A stretch of DNA of 64,000 nucleotides from Thecamonas trahens ATCC 50062 (lineage: Eukaryota > Protista > Apusomonadida): the NCBI RefSeq assembly GCF_000142905.1, contig NW_013657650.1, forward strand, positions 342,748-406,747, given 5' to 3'. Each line of letters starts with the position of its first letter. The stretch's first letter is position 1. The translations under genes were made by a program, and so were the position numbers. The notes under the pieces are model-generated. The model did no database searches. It was not told the DNA's origin and saw only the letters and a list, made by a program, of their open reading frames with translations. Positions 20,064 through 32,205 of the stretch are shown one piece after another.

Positions 20064-22490
20064 ATGCGCGCGAGTGAAGAAGAGGCCATCCGAGCACTGG
20101 CCCTCAAACGACTGGGTATCCTTCCGTCTGAACTGGTCAAGCCCGAGCTCGAGTCCTTCACCTCTTCATCAGGTGATGGCTACAACTTGGCTGCCTCCAA
20201 GAAGCTACAGTTTTATGAAGCAAGACGAGAGCGGTTACTCCGTGCCGTAGCTGCTGAAGAAGCTGATATCATCAAGGCAAGATCGCTGTCGAAATCGTCT
20301 TCATCTCGTGCTGCTGTTCAATCCGCGCTCGCCACCGCCATCGTTTCCTCGCCAGCCGCGGTGACTGCTGCGTCGTCGATGGCGGCGACACGCTCCCGTC
20401 CCACTGCGCGTCGGGCGAAAGAGGCCCCGGGTCTAAAGCCGCGTCCGCCGGCAAAGCCGCATGCTACCCGAGCGGTAGACGCGGCGCCGAGGCGCGGTCG
20501 GATGCGGGCGTCGCCGCCGCCGGTCTCGTCGACTTCGGCGCCGCCGCCGCTGGTCCGCATCGCCAAGATGCCGCCGCATGCTGCCCGTCATCACCAGCGC
20601 CAGCGCGCCAAGGACAAGCGAGCCGCGCTGGCGGCCGCCCCCGCCGGACTCAACCGCTCGCTCTCGTTGCTTCAGCTCTCGGCGTCATCGATCAACCTTT
20701 CTGGCTCTCGCTCCGGCGACGACCTCGCCCAGTCGTCGTCTCCGCAGCCGCAGCCGCAGAGCGGGCCCACCGCACCGCCACAGCCTGCCCAGCCGACTGC
20801 TCCGCCATCAGCTGCTGAGCTCGAGGCCGCCCAGCGCGTCCTTGCCTCGGTCCAGCGGCAGGCGCGGTCTGACGCTGTCGAGACTGCACGCAAGGCCAAC
20901 GAGCGTGCGGTCCAACTCAAGGCCACTGCTCGCTTTGTCCGCTCGCATGGCCGCGCAGGCGTCTTTGCGCTCGATCCTCAGCACGAGGCCGAGCTACTCG
21001 GCTCGCTCCGCGCCGAAGCCGCCGAGGAGGCCGGCCAGCCCGACTCGGGTGAGCGGCTCCGGCGGAGCCGGGCCCCATGGCGCGCTCCGCTGCTAGCCCT
21101 CCTCGAGGCGCTGGCCAAGTGCAAGGGCAAAGCGCCGGCACGGAGCAAGGTTCTCGACGCCTTTATCGCCGAAGGCCATGCCAAGCACTCGGCTGCCGCC
21201 GCCGGCAACGCCACCCTCGACTTTGGCCCAAACGTCGACCTCGAGACTGCCCGTGAGCTCATCCTCACCCGCGACGCGTCCGGTCGCTCGCTCCTCTTCA
21301 CTCGGGCCGAGCAGAACCAGGCCAAGCGCGCCAAGCGCGAGTATCACGTCCGTCTCGCCGAGGAGCACCGCAAGCAGCGCGCTCAGGAGCTCAAGGCCCG
21401 CATCGCCGCCGCAGCGCGCCGCGCCGAGGAGCGCCAGGCCGCCATTGCTCGAGCTCGTGCCCAAGACGCAGCAGACGCTGCACGTGCCATTGAGGCCAAG
21501 CAGCGTCGCGCCGCAAAGTACCGCGCCAAGGCCGAGCGCATCCTTGCGCGCCGCCGCGAGCGCGTGGTTTCCAAAGAGGAGCGCGAGGCAACTAGGCTGC
21601 GCGAGCTCGAGAGCAAGCGCGCCGCTGAGCGCCAAGCCGCTCAGGCGCGCGCCAAGCGCCGCGAGGCTGAGCGCCAGGACCGCCTCGCCGCTGACGCCGC
21701 GGCCAAGGAGGCCCAGCGCCGCCAGCGCGAGGCCGCCAAGGCCCAAGCTGCACAGGAAGCCGCCAAGGCTGCCAAAGACGCTGCTGCCCGTGCCCGTCTC
21801 GATCAGCTCGAGCGTGAGCTCGTTGCTGCCGAGCGACAGGCCTGCGTCGAGCGCGCCCGTCGTGCCCAAGAGTGGCGCGCCGAAGAGATGCGCGCACGCC
21901 TTGCTGCGGACGAGGCCAAGCGCGCTGCCCTACTTGCGTCTGCCCGTGCCGCGCGTGTGACCGATGACCCGGCGGTTGTCCTCGCCGCCGACACCGTCGC
22001 TGCTGCTGCCGCTGCGCCGCCGACGCGCCCCCGCCCGCCGTCGGGCCCGCCTCCGCTTCTCGCCCGCCGCCCAGCCCGGCGCATTCCGCCGCACCCGTCG
22101 ATCTTCCGGCTCACCCAGCCGTCGGAGCATGGTTCGGGCCCGCCGTCGCCAACTGGTACCCCGCCGCCGGCCCTTGTCTCGATGTTTAAGCCGACGAACA
22201 CACGGGTTGTCTTTGTCGTCACAGACTCGGAAACCGGCGTCGAGAGCCCAGCCGACCTCACCACCGCCGCTGATGACCCGGACCGTGCCATCCTCGTCCT
22301 CGACCTTCCGCGATATCCGCCCGACCGCGTACCCGGGATTTCTCAGCCGGCCGCCCCGTCGCCACCGCCGGCCGCCAACCACCACTCACTCCACTCGCTC
22401 GGCAAAGTCGACGAGGCCGACCTCATCGACGAGCTGCAGTTTCCAATCTCCGACGCCGCTCTGTCCACCGTCGCCGCGAGCAGTCATTGA
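20064..22490 (+). CDS. Ala/Arg/Glu-rich coiled-coil protein (possibly flagellar or cytoskeletal)
   Basis: 808-aa ORF. Long heptad/charged helix at ~21300-21950 flanked by Pro-rich regions. N-terminal ALKRLGILPSEL...YEARRERLL motif. Confidence 0.7.
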   Translation: MRASEEEAIRALALKRLGILPSELVKPELESFTSSSGDGYNLAASKKLQFYEARRERLLRAVAAEEADIIKARSLSKSSSSRAAVQSALATAIVSSPAAVTAASSMAATRSRPTARRAKEAPGLKPRPPAKPHATRAVDAAPRRGRMRASPPPVSSTSAPPPLVRIAKMPPHAARHHQRQRAKDKRAALAAAPAGLNRSLSLLQLSASSINLSGSRSGDDLAQSSSPQPQPQSGPTAPPQPAQPTAPPSAAELEAAQRVLASVQRQARSDAVETARKANERAVQLKATARFVRSHGRAGVFALDPQHEAELLGSLRAEAAEEAGQPDSGERLRRSRAPWRAPLLALLEALAKCKGKAPARSKVLDAFIAEGHAKHSAAAAGNATLDFGPNVDLETARELILTRDASGRSLLFTRAEQNQAKRAKREYHVRLAEEHRKQRAQELKARIAAAARRAEERQAAIARARAQDAADAARAIEAKQRRAAKYRAKAERILARRRERVVSKEEREATRLRELESKRAAERQAAQARAKRREAERQDRLAADAAAKEAQRRQREAAKAQAAQEAAKAAKDAAARARLDQLERELVAAERQACVERARRAQEWRAEEMRARLAADEAKRAALLASARAARVTDDPAVVLAADTVAAAAAAPPTRPRPPSGPPPLLARRPARRIPPHPSIFRLTQPSEHGSGPPSPTGTPPPALVSMFKPTNTRVVFVVTDSETGVESPADLTTAADDPDRAILVLDLPRYPPDRVPGISQPAAPSPPPAANHHSLHSLGKVDEADLIDELQFPISDAALSTVAASSH

Positions 22491-22511
22491 ACACTCACTC
22501 CCGCACCCTCA

Positions 22512-24050
22512 CTACAGCCACCCCGGTGAGCCCGACCCGGACGAGAGCGATCGGCCGCGCGTCTGCTGCTTTGAATCGGCCTTGAGGTACCGTCGCCGCC
22601 GCCGCCGCCGCCGCTGTCGCGGCTCCGATGTCGGCACCAAGCCGGAGCTGCCAGTCCGCGGCGTGCTGGGCACGCTTGCCGACCGAGCCCGCCGCCGCTC
22701 GGCAGCCTCGGTCCTGGACACGTGCTTGTGTTTGCGACGGTGGTGCCGATGCCGGCGGCGGTACGGGTGTGAGCTGGGTGGCAGAGGATCTGGAGATGCC
22801 GACCGTGTTGCCGACCGCGTCGCTGACCGCGTCGCAGCTCGCTCCGGGTGCCGGAGCGTCGAGAGCGGCGGCGGCGACGGGAGCGGCAGGGCCCGCGCCA
22901 CCACCAGGTTGCCGCCGCGGGCAACTCGCACTGGCCGCGCTGCCATGAGTTGTGCCTGATATGCCCGCCGTGCCGCCGCTGCCTCTTGCCGACGCAGCGA
23001 GGCCTCCAGCAGGCTCTCGGCGGTCTTGGTCTCCTCCGGCGATTGGGTGTGTGGCGCCAGCTCCGGCCGCGGCGCCGGTCTGCCCGCACTCTCGCCCCGG
23101 CTCCCGGCCAGCTGCGCCATTCGCGACGCCACCGCCTTGAGCTTGGCCTCGCGCCGTGCCGCCGCCGCCGACATCCGCGCCTGATTCTTGGCCGCCACTT
23201 GGGCCGCCCGCTCTCGCTCGCGCAACTCTGCGGCTTGCCGATCGATCCGCGACACCACAGGCCGTGCCACCTGCGACTTGTATACTGGAAATGGCGTCGT
23301 GCCGCGCGCCGGCTGCGTCTCGGCCACCGGCGCAGCGCCGATGCGGTTGTTCCGTCGCCGCCGCCGTGGCGAGGGGGGGCCTGGAGTCGTGTCGGGGGCG
23401 CTGACCGCTGGTAACTCCTCAACCTCGCTTTCATCATCAGCATTTGCCTTGGCCTTGACCTTGGCCTTCCGCTTTCGCTTCCGCTTCCGCTTGCTCTTCT
23501 TCATCTTCGGCCCTCCGCCAGCCTCGGCTGCTGTTGTCTCCGTCGCACCATCCAGACTCTGTCCGCGGCAGACGTCAGCATGGCCCTCGAGCCGATGCGC
23601 ATCTCTGCATGCTGCCGAGCAGTAGACCGCTGGGCAGGTGGTGCACACAACCCACTGACGGACAGGCGAGCGTTTCGCCCCTGTCCCTCCCACAGCATGG
23701 GCGCGGACTCGTGATCTCTGGGCCGGGGCACCACGGGTGCGACCAATATGATCACGATGGTCACGATGGTCATCGCCATTCCATGATTCGGACTGAGCGC
23801 CAGCAGGCTCATCCACGCCATCCATAGCCAATGAAGCACCACTCGCAGCAGGCCATGCATCTCCCGTCAAACTCATTCCCCTGGAAGCCACGTTTGCCTG
23901 CACCGTCCGTCCGCATCGCCAGCATGCCTCCTCACGTCGGCCATCCCCAGCAGCAGGTGGAGGAATGGCCGGAATGACTCTGCCCGCCCTACCACCATTG
24001 ACACTACCACTGTCATCTGGACTGGCTTCGTGTGACCCATTCCCGCCCAT
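22512..24050 (-). CDS. MYND-like zinc-finger protein with basic low-complexity regions
   Basis: CWRCG...(long insertion)...VCTTCPAVYCSAACRDAHRLEGHADVC. KKSKRKRKRKRK basic tract. Likely start MGGNGS at 24050 (MGxxxS). Confidence 0.6.
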   Translation of the reverse strand: MGGNGSHEASPDDSGSVNGGRAGRVIPAIPPPAAGDGRREEACWRCGRTVQANVASRGMSLTGDAWPAASGASLAMDGVDEPAGAQSESWNGDDHRDHRDHIGRTRGAPAQRSRVRAHAVGGTGAKRSPVRQWVVCTTCPAVYCSAACRDAHRLEGHADVCRGQSLDGATETTAAEAGGGPKMKKSKRKRKRKRKAKVKAKANADDESEVEELPAVSAPDTTPGPPSPRRRRRNNRIGAAPVAETQPARGTTPFPVYKSQVARPVVSRIDRQAAELRERERAAQVAAKNQARMSAAAARREAKLKAVASRMAQLAGSRGESAGRPAPRPELAPHTQSPEETKTAESLLEASLRRQEAAAARRAYQAQLMAARPVRVARGGNLVVARALPLPSPPPLSTLRHPERAATRSATRSATRSASPDPLPPSSHPYRRRHRHHRRKHKHVSRTEAAERRRARSASVPSTPRTGSSGLVPTSEPRQRRRRRRRRYLKADSKQQTRGRSLSSGSGSPGWL

Positions 24051-24251
24051 GGCCCTCCTCGCTCTTCTACACGAGCGGTGTGGCCTTGCCAATACCTCGG
24101 CCCTCTCCTGCTGTGGTTGACCCGCACTCGCCGCGACCGCTCGTCCGCTGCTCACACACTCGCTCGCCTTGTCGACGCCATCATCGGGCCACTATAGAGT
24201 GTTGCCGCTCCTTGTCACACATGCGATTGCCGTCAACACTGTCATATCGCG

Positions 24252-24255
<4 letters not shown>

Positions 24256-24332
<77 letters not shown>
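24256..24332. repeat. (CT)n microsatellite
   Basis: Near-perfect ctct tract in the intergenic region between divergent genes. Confidence 0.95.
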
Positions 24333-24916
24333 TTCAGCTCCGTGTAAGCTACGGTCCGACCTGTCCACTCCATCGTCGGCCCTTGGCGATGCGAGCCTTC
24401 GCTGTCGACTCCAGCCGCCGATGTCGTCGGTCAAGAGACTCGCAATCGTCTGGTTGCAGCTACGAGGGCCATGTTCATTGCAAGCTTGTAAAACTGCTCG
24501 CCAATGTCCCCTAGCCACGACATAGAAGTACCAATGGCTACGATGGTGGTCTTTGATTGCTATTGTTGACGAGGCATGCCAGCTTGAGTGAAAGATGGCT
24601 CAACCGGGCTGGTGCACATGAGGCGCTCATCTGGTATGGAACCTTCTCGTGGACCCGCTGTCGTCCCCTTTTGTTTAGCATGTAGGTGTGCTGCATGATG
24701 GGCAAGGTAGTCCAGTCCGTAGTGTCGGTCTCGTCATCGGCAATGGCCCGGCAAAAAAATGACACACACCTCGCACCTCAGTTAAGTCACGCTGTCGATC
24801 AAAGCGTGCGAGCGCAGCCACTGCCACGCCCGCTGCCACCGCACAGCCACCACCACCTCACTCTCTCTGTCACTACTACTGATATCCCCCTCTCCCCACC
24901 ACTACCACCGAGTACC

Positions 24917-27900
24917 ATGCCGCTACCGGTTGTTGCACTTCTTACGGTTGTCTTCTGCGTAGCTGGCTGCCTCGCTTCTCGCCCGCTGGCGCAGTGTGGT
25001 ACCGGCCCGGTCAGCCTCGCCCCGCTTGACACGCTCCGTCTCAATGGCACTCTCTCGTCGGTGGTCATGCCGAGCTGTGACAGAGCTGGATCAGGGCCGA
25101 GCATTTGCTCGTTTGGCACTTGGCTGATTGCGCATTATCCTGGAGCAACAACGGACCGCTTTGCTACTGGCCGCGACTCGCTGGACGATGCGCAAGAGAC
25201 TACCGCTGTGGTGGTGGCAAGACCGCCCCAGGGCTACTCCTTTGGCCCACTCGTTGTGTTGGATGTGCCAGGCACATCTAGCTACGTCGATGTTGTTGTC
25301 GGAATGACACGCGGGTCAAACGGCACACTCTGGGCGGGCCAAACGGCACACTCTGGGTTTATCCAGGCACTGCTGATCCTACTGTTTTTGGCCAGTCGAT
25401 CGTCGACTGCACGCTGTCCCTGTACTCGATCCAGACGCTTGATGCGTGGGTGGCAGAGGGGTCGCCGCTGGTGCTCGCTGCCCTCCACACAGAGCACACA
25501 GAGCTTGCCACTGGATCAGCAAAAGTCTCGCTGATTGTATTTGAAGCACCGCTGCCGACGCCGCCGGTGCTTGTCCAAGCACTCGTGCCGCAGCCTGTCC
25601 GCATCGCAGCCGGTCTTGTGCTCCTCTCGCCCTCGCTGGCAGTGGTGGCAGCCGATGGCCGGGTCTTGTTGTATGAACCGTCACTGGCTGCTCCTTGGCG
25701 GCGACTGGCCTGGCCCTCGAGTTCCACACCGACTGCGTTCAGTGCGCTACTTGCGTCCGACGTGAACGGCGACGGTGTGACTGATGTGATTCTCGGGGGC
25801 ATCTCGCACATCGATTCGACCACGGGCGTCTTTGCGGTCGCCATTGCGCCCTCATTTGCCATTACCAGTCAGACGCACACCCGCGGAGGCTTTGAGGCCT
25901 TTGGCACCATGGCCGCGCCAGTTGTCTTCCGTGGCTCGCGCCCGGATGCTCCGTCGGTCACCCTCGGCTTTACGATGATCCTCTCGTTCGCCACGAGTGT
26001 GGCAAGCGTCAACACGGTCCGATTCGAGGCCGACGGCATCGGTGCCGAGACCGGTGCCTTTACCGGCCTCTCGACACTGGTGGCGACAAGTGTTGTCTCA
26101 ACGACCTCGGTCCGGCTGGTCGCTGCGCGTGGCAAGACTGGTCCGTCCGGCTTTAGTCCGCTGCTGCTTGTGCAGGCGGCGCTAAGTGGCGACCAGGTTG
26201 TGATCCAGAGTGACGTTGCCGTTGAGCTCCCGTCCCTCGCCATTCCGCCGCCGTATTTGACCAGCCACTACCTCGCTGGTGACGGCTTTCCGTCTCGAAT
26301 CCATCTCTACGTCGTTGGCCTTGTCAACAACGACGTTGAGCCCGACGTTGTGGTTGTCTCTTCGATTACCGGGACTATCACAACCTTTCTCAACAACGTG
26401 GTGAACAGCGAAGTGCAGGGCTTGTTCCAGCAAGTGTCGGGACCGTCGTTTGATGAGGCCTCGTATGGCAGCGCTTCCTCGAGCCTCTCGGACTCGCTCG
26501 TGCTCATCGACGTCAATAGCGATGCGGCACTCGATCTGATATACGTTTCGTCACGCGCCATCTTTGTTGCCACTAACATCGGTGGTGGGAGTTGGCAGAA
26601 GCCGGTGGCGGCTCTTGACGCCCCTCCTGGTGTGCTACTCGATCGCGCAGTGGCCGGGCGAGCATTCGAATCGAACAACCCCAACTTCTTGTTGTTGGTA
26701 GTGCTTTTGACACGTCTCCGACTCTCTACGTTGTCGATTTCAGTACTCGGGACTTTGAACGAACAGGACTGGATCTTGTACATGCAGCGGCGCAGATGCC
26801 GCTGGTTGCTGTTGTGCGTACGTCGACAAGCAGCAATGCGTCGCTCGCAATCGCAACAGCTTCATCAGCGAACAAGCTCGTTCTCGCGTCAGCTCCCGAG
26901 GAGATTGATGATGATTGGAAGGTCGTGGTGATGGCGGACTTGCCTGGCCCGGCTTCAGTGGTCACTTCTGGACCGATTGGGTCGCCGGCTGGCGAGCTGT
27001 ATGCTCGCGATGACGTGGCAGTCCTTGTCACCTCGCCCAACGTCTCGGTGGTTGTGGCGTACACCTCGGGCTCGCTGGTGCAAGCGCTCGCTCCTCCGAG
27101 CAGCAGCACATCGTGCACGCTGCTGGGGCTGGCACGATTGGTGCCTCCGAGCGCAGTCGGCGTCGGGCTTGATCTTTACCTCGTCTGTGCAAAGGAGGTG
27201 GCTGTTTGGCCTGCGCTTGCTTCGGGCCGACTGGGCGAGCCGATCAGCGTGGTGACGCCAATTCCGCAAGCGATGACTATGGCGACACTGGCAGACTTTG
27301 ATGGCAACGGTTGGGTTGACTTTTTCGCCGTCTACGAGTTGCCGGCGGTATTGTTCGTGCAGCCGTCGCCGTGGGCAGCGAGTCCGTTTCCGGCGAGCAC
27401 CGTGGCTGTTCCAGGGGCTACCGTGGCGTGCAACAATCCGAGCTCATTGACTTGCCTTGTCAGCTCGATGGCGTCTGCATCGCGGTGTGGAACGAACACA
27501 CTGGTGTTTGACGGCGTGCTGCAGTTCTGCCGCGGAGACTCGCATGTTGTTGTGACGCGCCCAGCTGTGATACGCGGCATCTCTCGAGAGTCGTCGGCTG
27601 TGGCGTGCGGATTTCTTGGCGGCATTCTGTTCAAAGTCTCGGGAGGCTCTTCGCTTGTGTTGGAGCGCATGAGTCTCCGCGACGCCAGGTCTGTCGATAG
27701 CTTGTACGGTGCTCCGCCGCTGCGAGTCGATGGTGTCGGCTCGTCGCTTGTTCTGCGCGATGTCCACATCTCGCATTTCAGCAACTATGGCAGTGGAAGT
27801 GGCACAACGATGACGGTCCTTGGCTCCGGATACGGCGGCGTTATGGTGGTGAGTAACGGAGGGCTTGCTCAGGTCCTGAGTTCGCTCATCGAGTCGTGCG

Positions 27901-30679
27901 GGGCGAGTGCCGGCGGCGGTGTTGCGTATATCAGCTCGGGAGCAGGCACGTCGCGCCTGACTATTCGCGACTCTGATGTGGTGAGGAACCGGGCTCTTCG
28001 GGGCGGTGCTTTGTTTTGCGAGAACGGCGGCGTGGTCGAGATTGTCAATGCGACGATGGCAGCCAACTCGGCGGAACTTGATGGCGGTATGATGGTGATG
28101 GACGGCGATGACTCTACTGCTCGGGTGACCAGCTCGATGCTGGAAACGAATGGAGCTGGAACTTGGGGTGGGGTGTATAGTCTTTCGGTTCGTCATCGCT
28201 TGCCTCGCAAGGCAACCATTATGATGTCAACCTTGCCCGGATGGGTGCGGTCTTTGCGATCGCGTCGCTGGAGGTTGAGATGAGCCTTCGCGCGATCAAC
28301 GCGCAAAACTTTGGGATGGTGGACCTACCGAGCGTGAGCATGATCGAGCCGCTTGATGTGGTTTTTGCGAGCGATGTGTTGAGCAAGAGCAAGAGCGCGT
28401 ATGGCGGGGTGTTCTTCACGTGCGGCGGTTCGGTGATCATGAGCGAGATAGTGGGTTGGGGCAACTCTGCTACCCACGGTGGCGCCGCTGCCTTTGCTTG
28501 CGCGCTCGACAGGGTTGACGAGCAGATCACACTCAGAAAGCTGGTCAACACAAGCCGAGCCTCGTTGGTTGCGCTCGAGGCGATGTGCAGCGCGGCATCG
28601 TGGGGAACACCGGTTGCAACGCCACCGACGCAAGTGTTGTGGACAAGACCTGTGAGCGAGTTGAGCGGAACAAAGATGGTCTCTGGCTTTCCGTTCCCGC
28701 CATCGTTTGCGGTTGCTCTTGTCGATGGCGCTGGAGGCTACGTGGTGGACTCGGCGCTGCTGGTTGCGGTGTTGCCCGTGCCAGGTATGACTACCTTTGG
28801 CGGCTCGCCGTCGATTGTATCTACTTCCAACACGACGTCGTTGTCTGCAGTTTCACTCGCGGCAACGAGCGAGGCGAGCTTGGACACGTCTCTCAAGCTT
28901 AGAGTTGCTGCTGTGTCTGCAGCATCAGGTACACCGCGGTTTTTCGCGCCGCGCGTGAAGGTCGAGGTGAGCGGATGTGTGGGTGACCTGAGACCGACGC
29001 GCGAAGCGAACGGAGCGCTGGTGTGTCCATGCCCAGCGAACGCGGTGCACATGGCGGTGGGGAGGGGCGGAACGACGGGATGCGGATGCGAGTCTGGCTT
29101 CTGGTCGGCGCAAGTACCGGTGGTGGCATGCCGCAGCTGCCCGCGCGGTGGCGAGTGTGCAGGCGGGCTGTCCGCGCCCGAGGCTGCCGAGGGCAACTAC
29201 CCGACGTCTGATCCTGGGTACTTTCTCAAGTGCCCGAGCACCGAAGCGTGTTCTGGCGACGGCAAGTGTGCGGATGGGCAGCAGGGGCGGCTTTGTTCCG
29301 AGTGCGCCGACGGATGGTTCAGCCCCGGCGCGGCGATCGGCGAGTGCAGGCGATGCAAGCTAGGCAGTAGTGTGGCAGCGGCAGTCTTTGGTAGCGTCAT
29401 GGCTGGCTTTCTTGTTCTCTTGAGCGGGTACGTGCTGCTCCCGCGCACCGACCCGAACGTTGTGGTGGAGCTCGTGGGTTCGACGCAGCTAGCACCGGCG
29501 TCGCTGTGGGCGCGGCTGCGGGCGCAGAGCGGAAAAATCAAGGCGGTGGTGGCTTCTCTGGCGTTAGAAGCAGCGGTGGTGGTGGCGATGGCGATGATGG
29601 GGCTGGCCGAGGTGTGGGAAGTGGCTGCGCTCGGGATTGGTCTTGTGGCGCTGACGTTGTATGCGGTGGCGGGTCGGCCTGCGCACGCTCAAGTCGCCGA
29701 GGCCGCGCTCAAGACTACGGTCGTCTTCCTGCAGACGATCGGCGTGGTGCTGGTATCGTCCGAGTCTGCGCTGGAGGAGTCGAGCATGCTCAAGAGTCTG
29801 CACGGGGCACTGGAGCGTGCGAGCCTCACGGTGGCCGGGCTCGCTTGCCTGGGGGTCGGGCGGCTTGGCGAGTACTGGACGTTTATGGCGCTCACGGCTG
29901 GGCCAACAGCGTTTTGTTTTGGACTAGGAATGCTGCCAGGTGTGGGCGGCGAGGCTGCGCATCGCGGTGTGCTTGCTGCCGGTACACTGGGATATCTCTT
30001 TGTCTTTCCGATTGTGCAGCGGTCGTTGGCGATGTTTGGCTGCAATCGCGAGCCGACGCCCGGCGTCGACGCGTCGTATCTCAACGACGCGCCATGGATC
30101 CGGTGTGGATCGAGCGAGCATGTGGAGCTGATGGTGAGCGGAGGCGGAGTGCTGGTGTGTGTGGCGTGTGTGATTGGGTGCGTGGCGCGCGCAGCTCAGG
30201 TCGCCCGCGCTGCTCATGTGCACGATGCCGAAAGGGAGAGCGAGAACGACGAGGCGTGCCAGCCGCTTCTGGGTCATGTGCACGGGGTGGACGAAGAGCG
30301 CGAGTCGCCGCTGGCGTTTGTGTGGGAGCCGTACCGGGAGGCGGCGTGGTGGTTTGAAGGAGTGGTGCTCGGGCGACGTGTGGCGATTGCAGCCGCCGCC
30401 GCCATCATTCCGCGCACGTCTGTGTTTGTCGACGGCGTCCTAGCCGGCGTTGTTGCGCTCGGCCTCTTTGCGCACCTCCAGTGGCACCCACTCGCCGAGA
30501 CCCGTGCACATCGGCTGGAAGCGATTGCACTCACGGCCGTCCTCGCGGTCATCCGCCTCATGACTATGCTCGACGAAGCCGAGGCCGACACCACCACCCA
30601 CTTTCTCTCTGCGCTCATTCTGCTCGTCACCATGGGCGTTGTGTCATACTCTACCTGGGTTGTCATTGTGGCACTGTAA
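24917..30679 (+). CDS. Large surface protein: signal peptide, FG-GAP-like repeats, GGA-repeat beta-helix, Cys-rich region, multi-pass TM domain; three apparent -1 frameshifts
   Basis: Signal MPLPVVALLTVVFCVAGCLA. Loops DVNGDGVTD, DVNSDAALD, DFDGNGWVD. NRALRGGALF/NSAELDGG repeats. CRSCPRGGECAGG and GRLCSECADG. About 9-11 hydrophobic helices with YREAAWWFEGVVLGRR. ORFs 24686, 25450, 26796 and 28241 join at ~25332, ~26679 and ~28185. Confidence 0.82.
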
Positions 30680-30841
30680 AGAGGCCATGATCAGGCTCTC
30701 AGAGAAAACGACTAGCTTGTCTCCACCAAGATATCGCCAAGCGTGCCAGCGCGTCGCCGACCGCCGGGTCGCCGAGATTCTGCGGCCGACTCGGCCGACC
30801 ACAACCGCAGCGGCAGCCACTCCTCACCCATACTCAACCCT

Positions 30842-30872
<31 letters not shown>

Positions 30873-30876
30873 TTCA

Positions 30877-32205
30877 ATGCTTCGGACAACGAGCGCTGTC
30901 GTCCGCAGCGGACTGTGGCGGCGGTGGGGCCATGCGACGCGCAAGGGCGGGTTTGTCGACTCTGCGCGGGTGGTGGCCAAGGCAGGAGCCGGTGGCACCG
31001 GCTGTGTCTCGTTCCTCCGTGAGCGGGCGAGGCCGTTTGGTGGGCCGAACGGAGGCGACGGTGGCGAAGGAGGGTCAGTGGTGGTGGTGGGCGATGGAAG
31101 TGTTGGTGATCTGCAGACAGTCCGTGCTCAAGTCCGCGGACGGGATGGGGCGCCTGGGCAGGGATCGGCCAAGCACGGCGGCAAAGGCAAGGACGCGGTG
31201 ATCAAGCTCCCGCTGGGTACGGTGGTCCGGGCAACAGTGACCGGGTGGAGCAAGAAGGTTGTGCCCGAGTCGGTGGTCGAGGCCGGAGCAGGGATGCTGG
31301 TGGTGGACGATGGTGCCGCGCACGGAGTCGGCGACGAGCCGACGGTCCGTGACATCGAGTTTGAAATCGAGGAGGAGGGCCAGGAGGTGGTAGTCGCCCG
31401 CGGGGCACCCGGTGGGCTGGGCAACATTCACTTTGCATCGTCGACCAACCGCATTCCGCGGCGTCGGACCATGGGCCTCAACGGCGAGGTGGCCGAGATG
31501 GAGCTCGAGCTCAAGGTCATGGCCGACGTCGGACTCGTCGGCTTTCCCAACGCCGGTAAGTCGTCGCTGCTCGAGGCCATGTCGCGGGCCTCGCCGCGAG
31601 TCGGCTCGTACCCGTTCACCACGCTCCATCCGTCGATCGGAACGGTGGCGTTCTGCGACGCCGGCGCGACCGGAGCCGAGACGTTCCGGGTGGCGGATCT
31701 GCCGGGCCTTGTTGCTGGCGCGGCAGCCAACATCGGGCTCGGCCACCAGTTCCTCAAACATGTGGAGCGGAATGCGGTCATTGCGTATGTTGTCGACCTC
31801 GCGCCGCCGCTCTCGGCCCATGCGCTCTCGATGTACGGCTCGGATGATGCTGTGGCGGCGGCCATCGCTGACAACGTGGTCGCCGGCGCCGATGATCCGG
31901 CCACCGATGCGACAAGTGGCGAGCTCCTCCTCGCAGCGTCGCCGTGGCAGCAGCTAGCCACGCTCACCGCCGAGCTTGCGGCGTACGACCGCGAGCTGGT
32001 GAGCAAGCCTGCTCTCGTCCTCGCCAACAAGATCGACCACAAGCCGCTAGCGGAAGTCCTCGTCGAAGTTGTCCGGAGCCGGACAGCCATGCCTGTCCTT
32101 CCGGTCTCTGCCAAGGAGGGAACTCATCTCAAGGGCATTATGGCTGTCCTCTCGCGCATTGTCCGTGACAGTGGTGGCGGCAACAGCGGCGGTGGACGCG
32201 ATTAA
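30877..32205 (+). CDS. MTG2: Obg/CgtA family GTPase, probably mitochondrial (MTG2/GTPBP5-like)
   Basis: FVD...AGAGGTGCVSF.RE...FGGPNGGDGG Obg fold. G1 GFPNAGKS, G2 YPFTTLHP, G3 DLPG, G4 NKID, G5 SAK. Arg-rich, acid-free N-terminal presequence. Confidence 0.92.
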   Translation: MLRTTSAVVRSGLWRRWGHATRKGGFVDSARVVAKAGAGGTGCVSFLRERARPFGGPNGGDGGEGGSVVVVGDGSVGDLQTVRAQVRGRDGAPGQGSAKHGGKGKDAVIKLPLGTVVRATVTGWSKKVVPESVVEAGAGMLVVDDGAAHGVGDEPTVRDIEFEIEEEGQEVVVARGAPGGLGNIHFASSTNRIPRRRTMGLNGEVAEMELELKVMADVGLVGFPNAGKSSLLEAMSRASPRVGSYPFTTLHPSIGTVAFCDAGATGAETFRVADLPGLVAGAAANIGLGHQFLKHVERNAVIAYVVDLAPPLSAHALSMYGSDDAVAAAIADNVVAGADDPATDATSGELLLAASPWQQLATLTAELAAYDRELVSKPALVLANKIDHKPLAEVLVEVVRSRTAMPVLPVSAKEGTHLKGIMAVLSRIVRDSGGGNSGGGRD

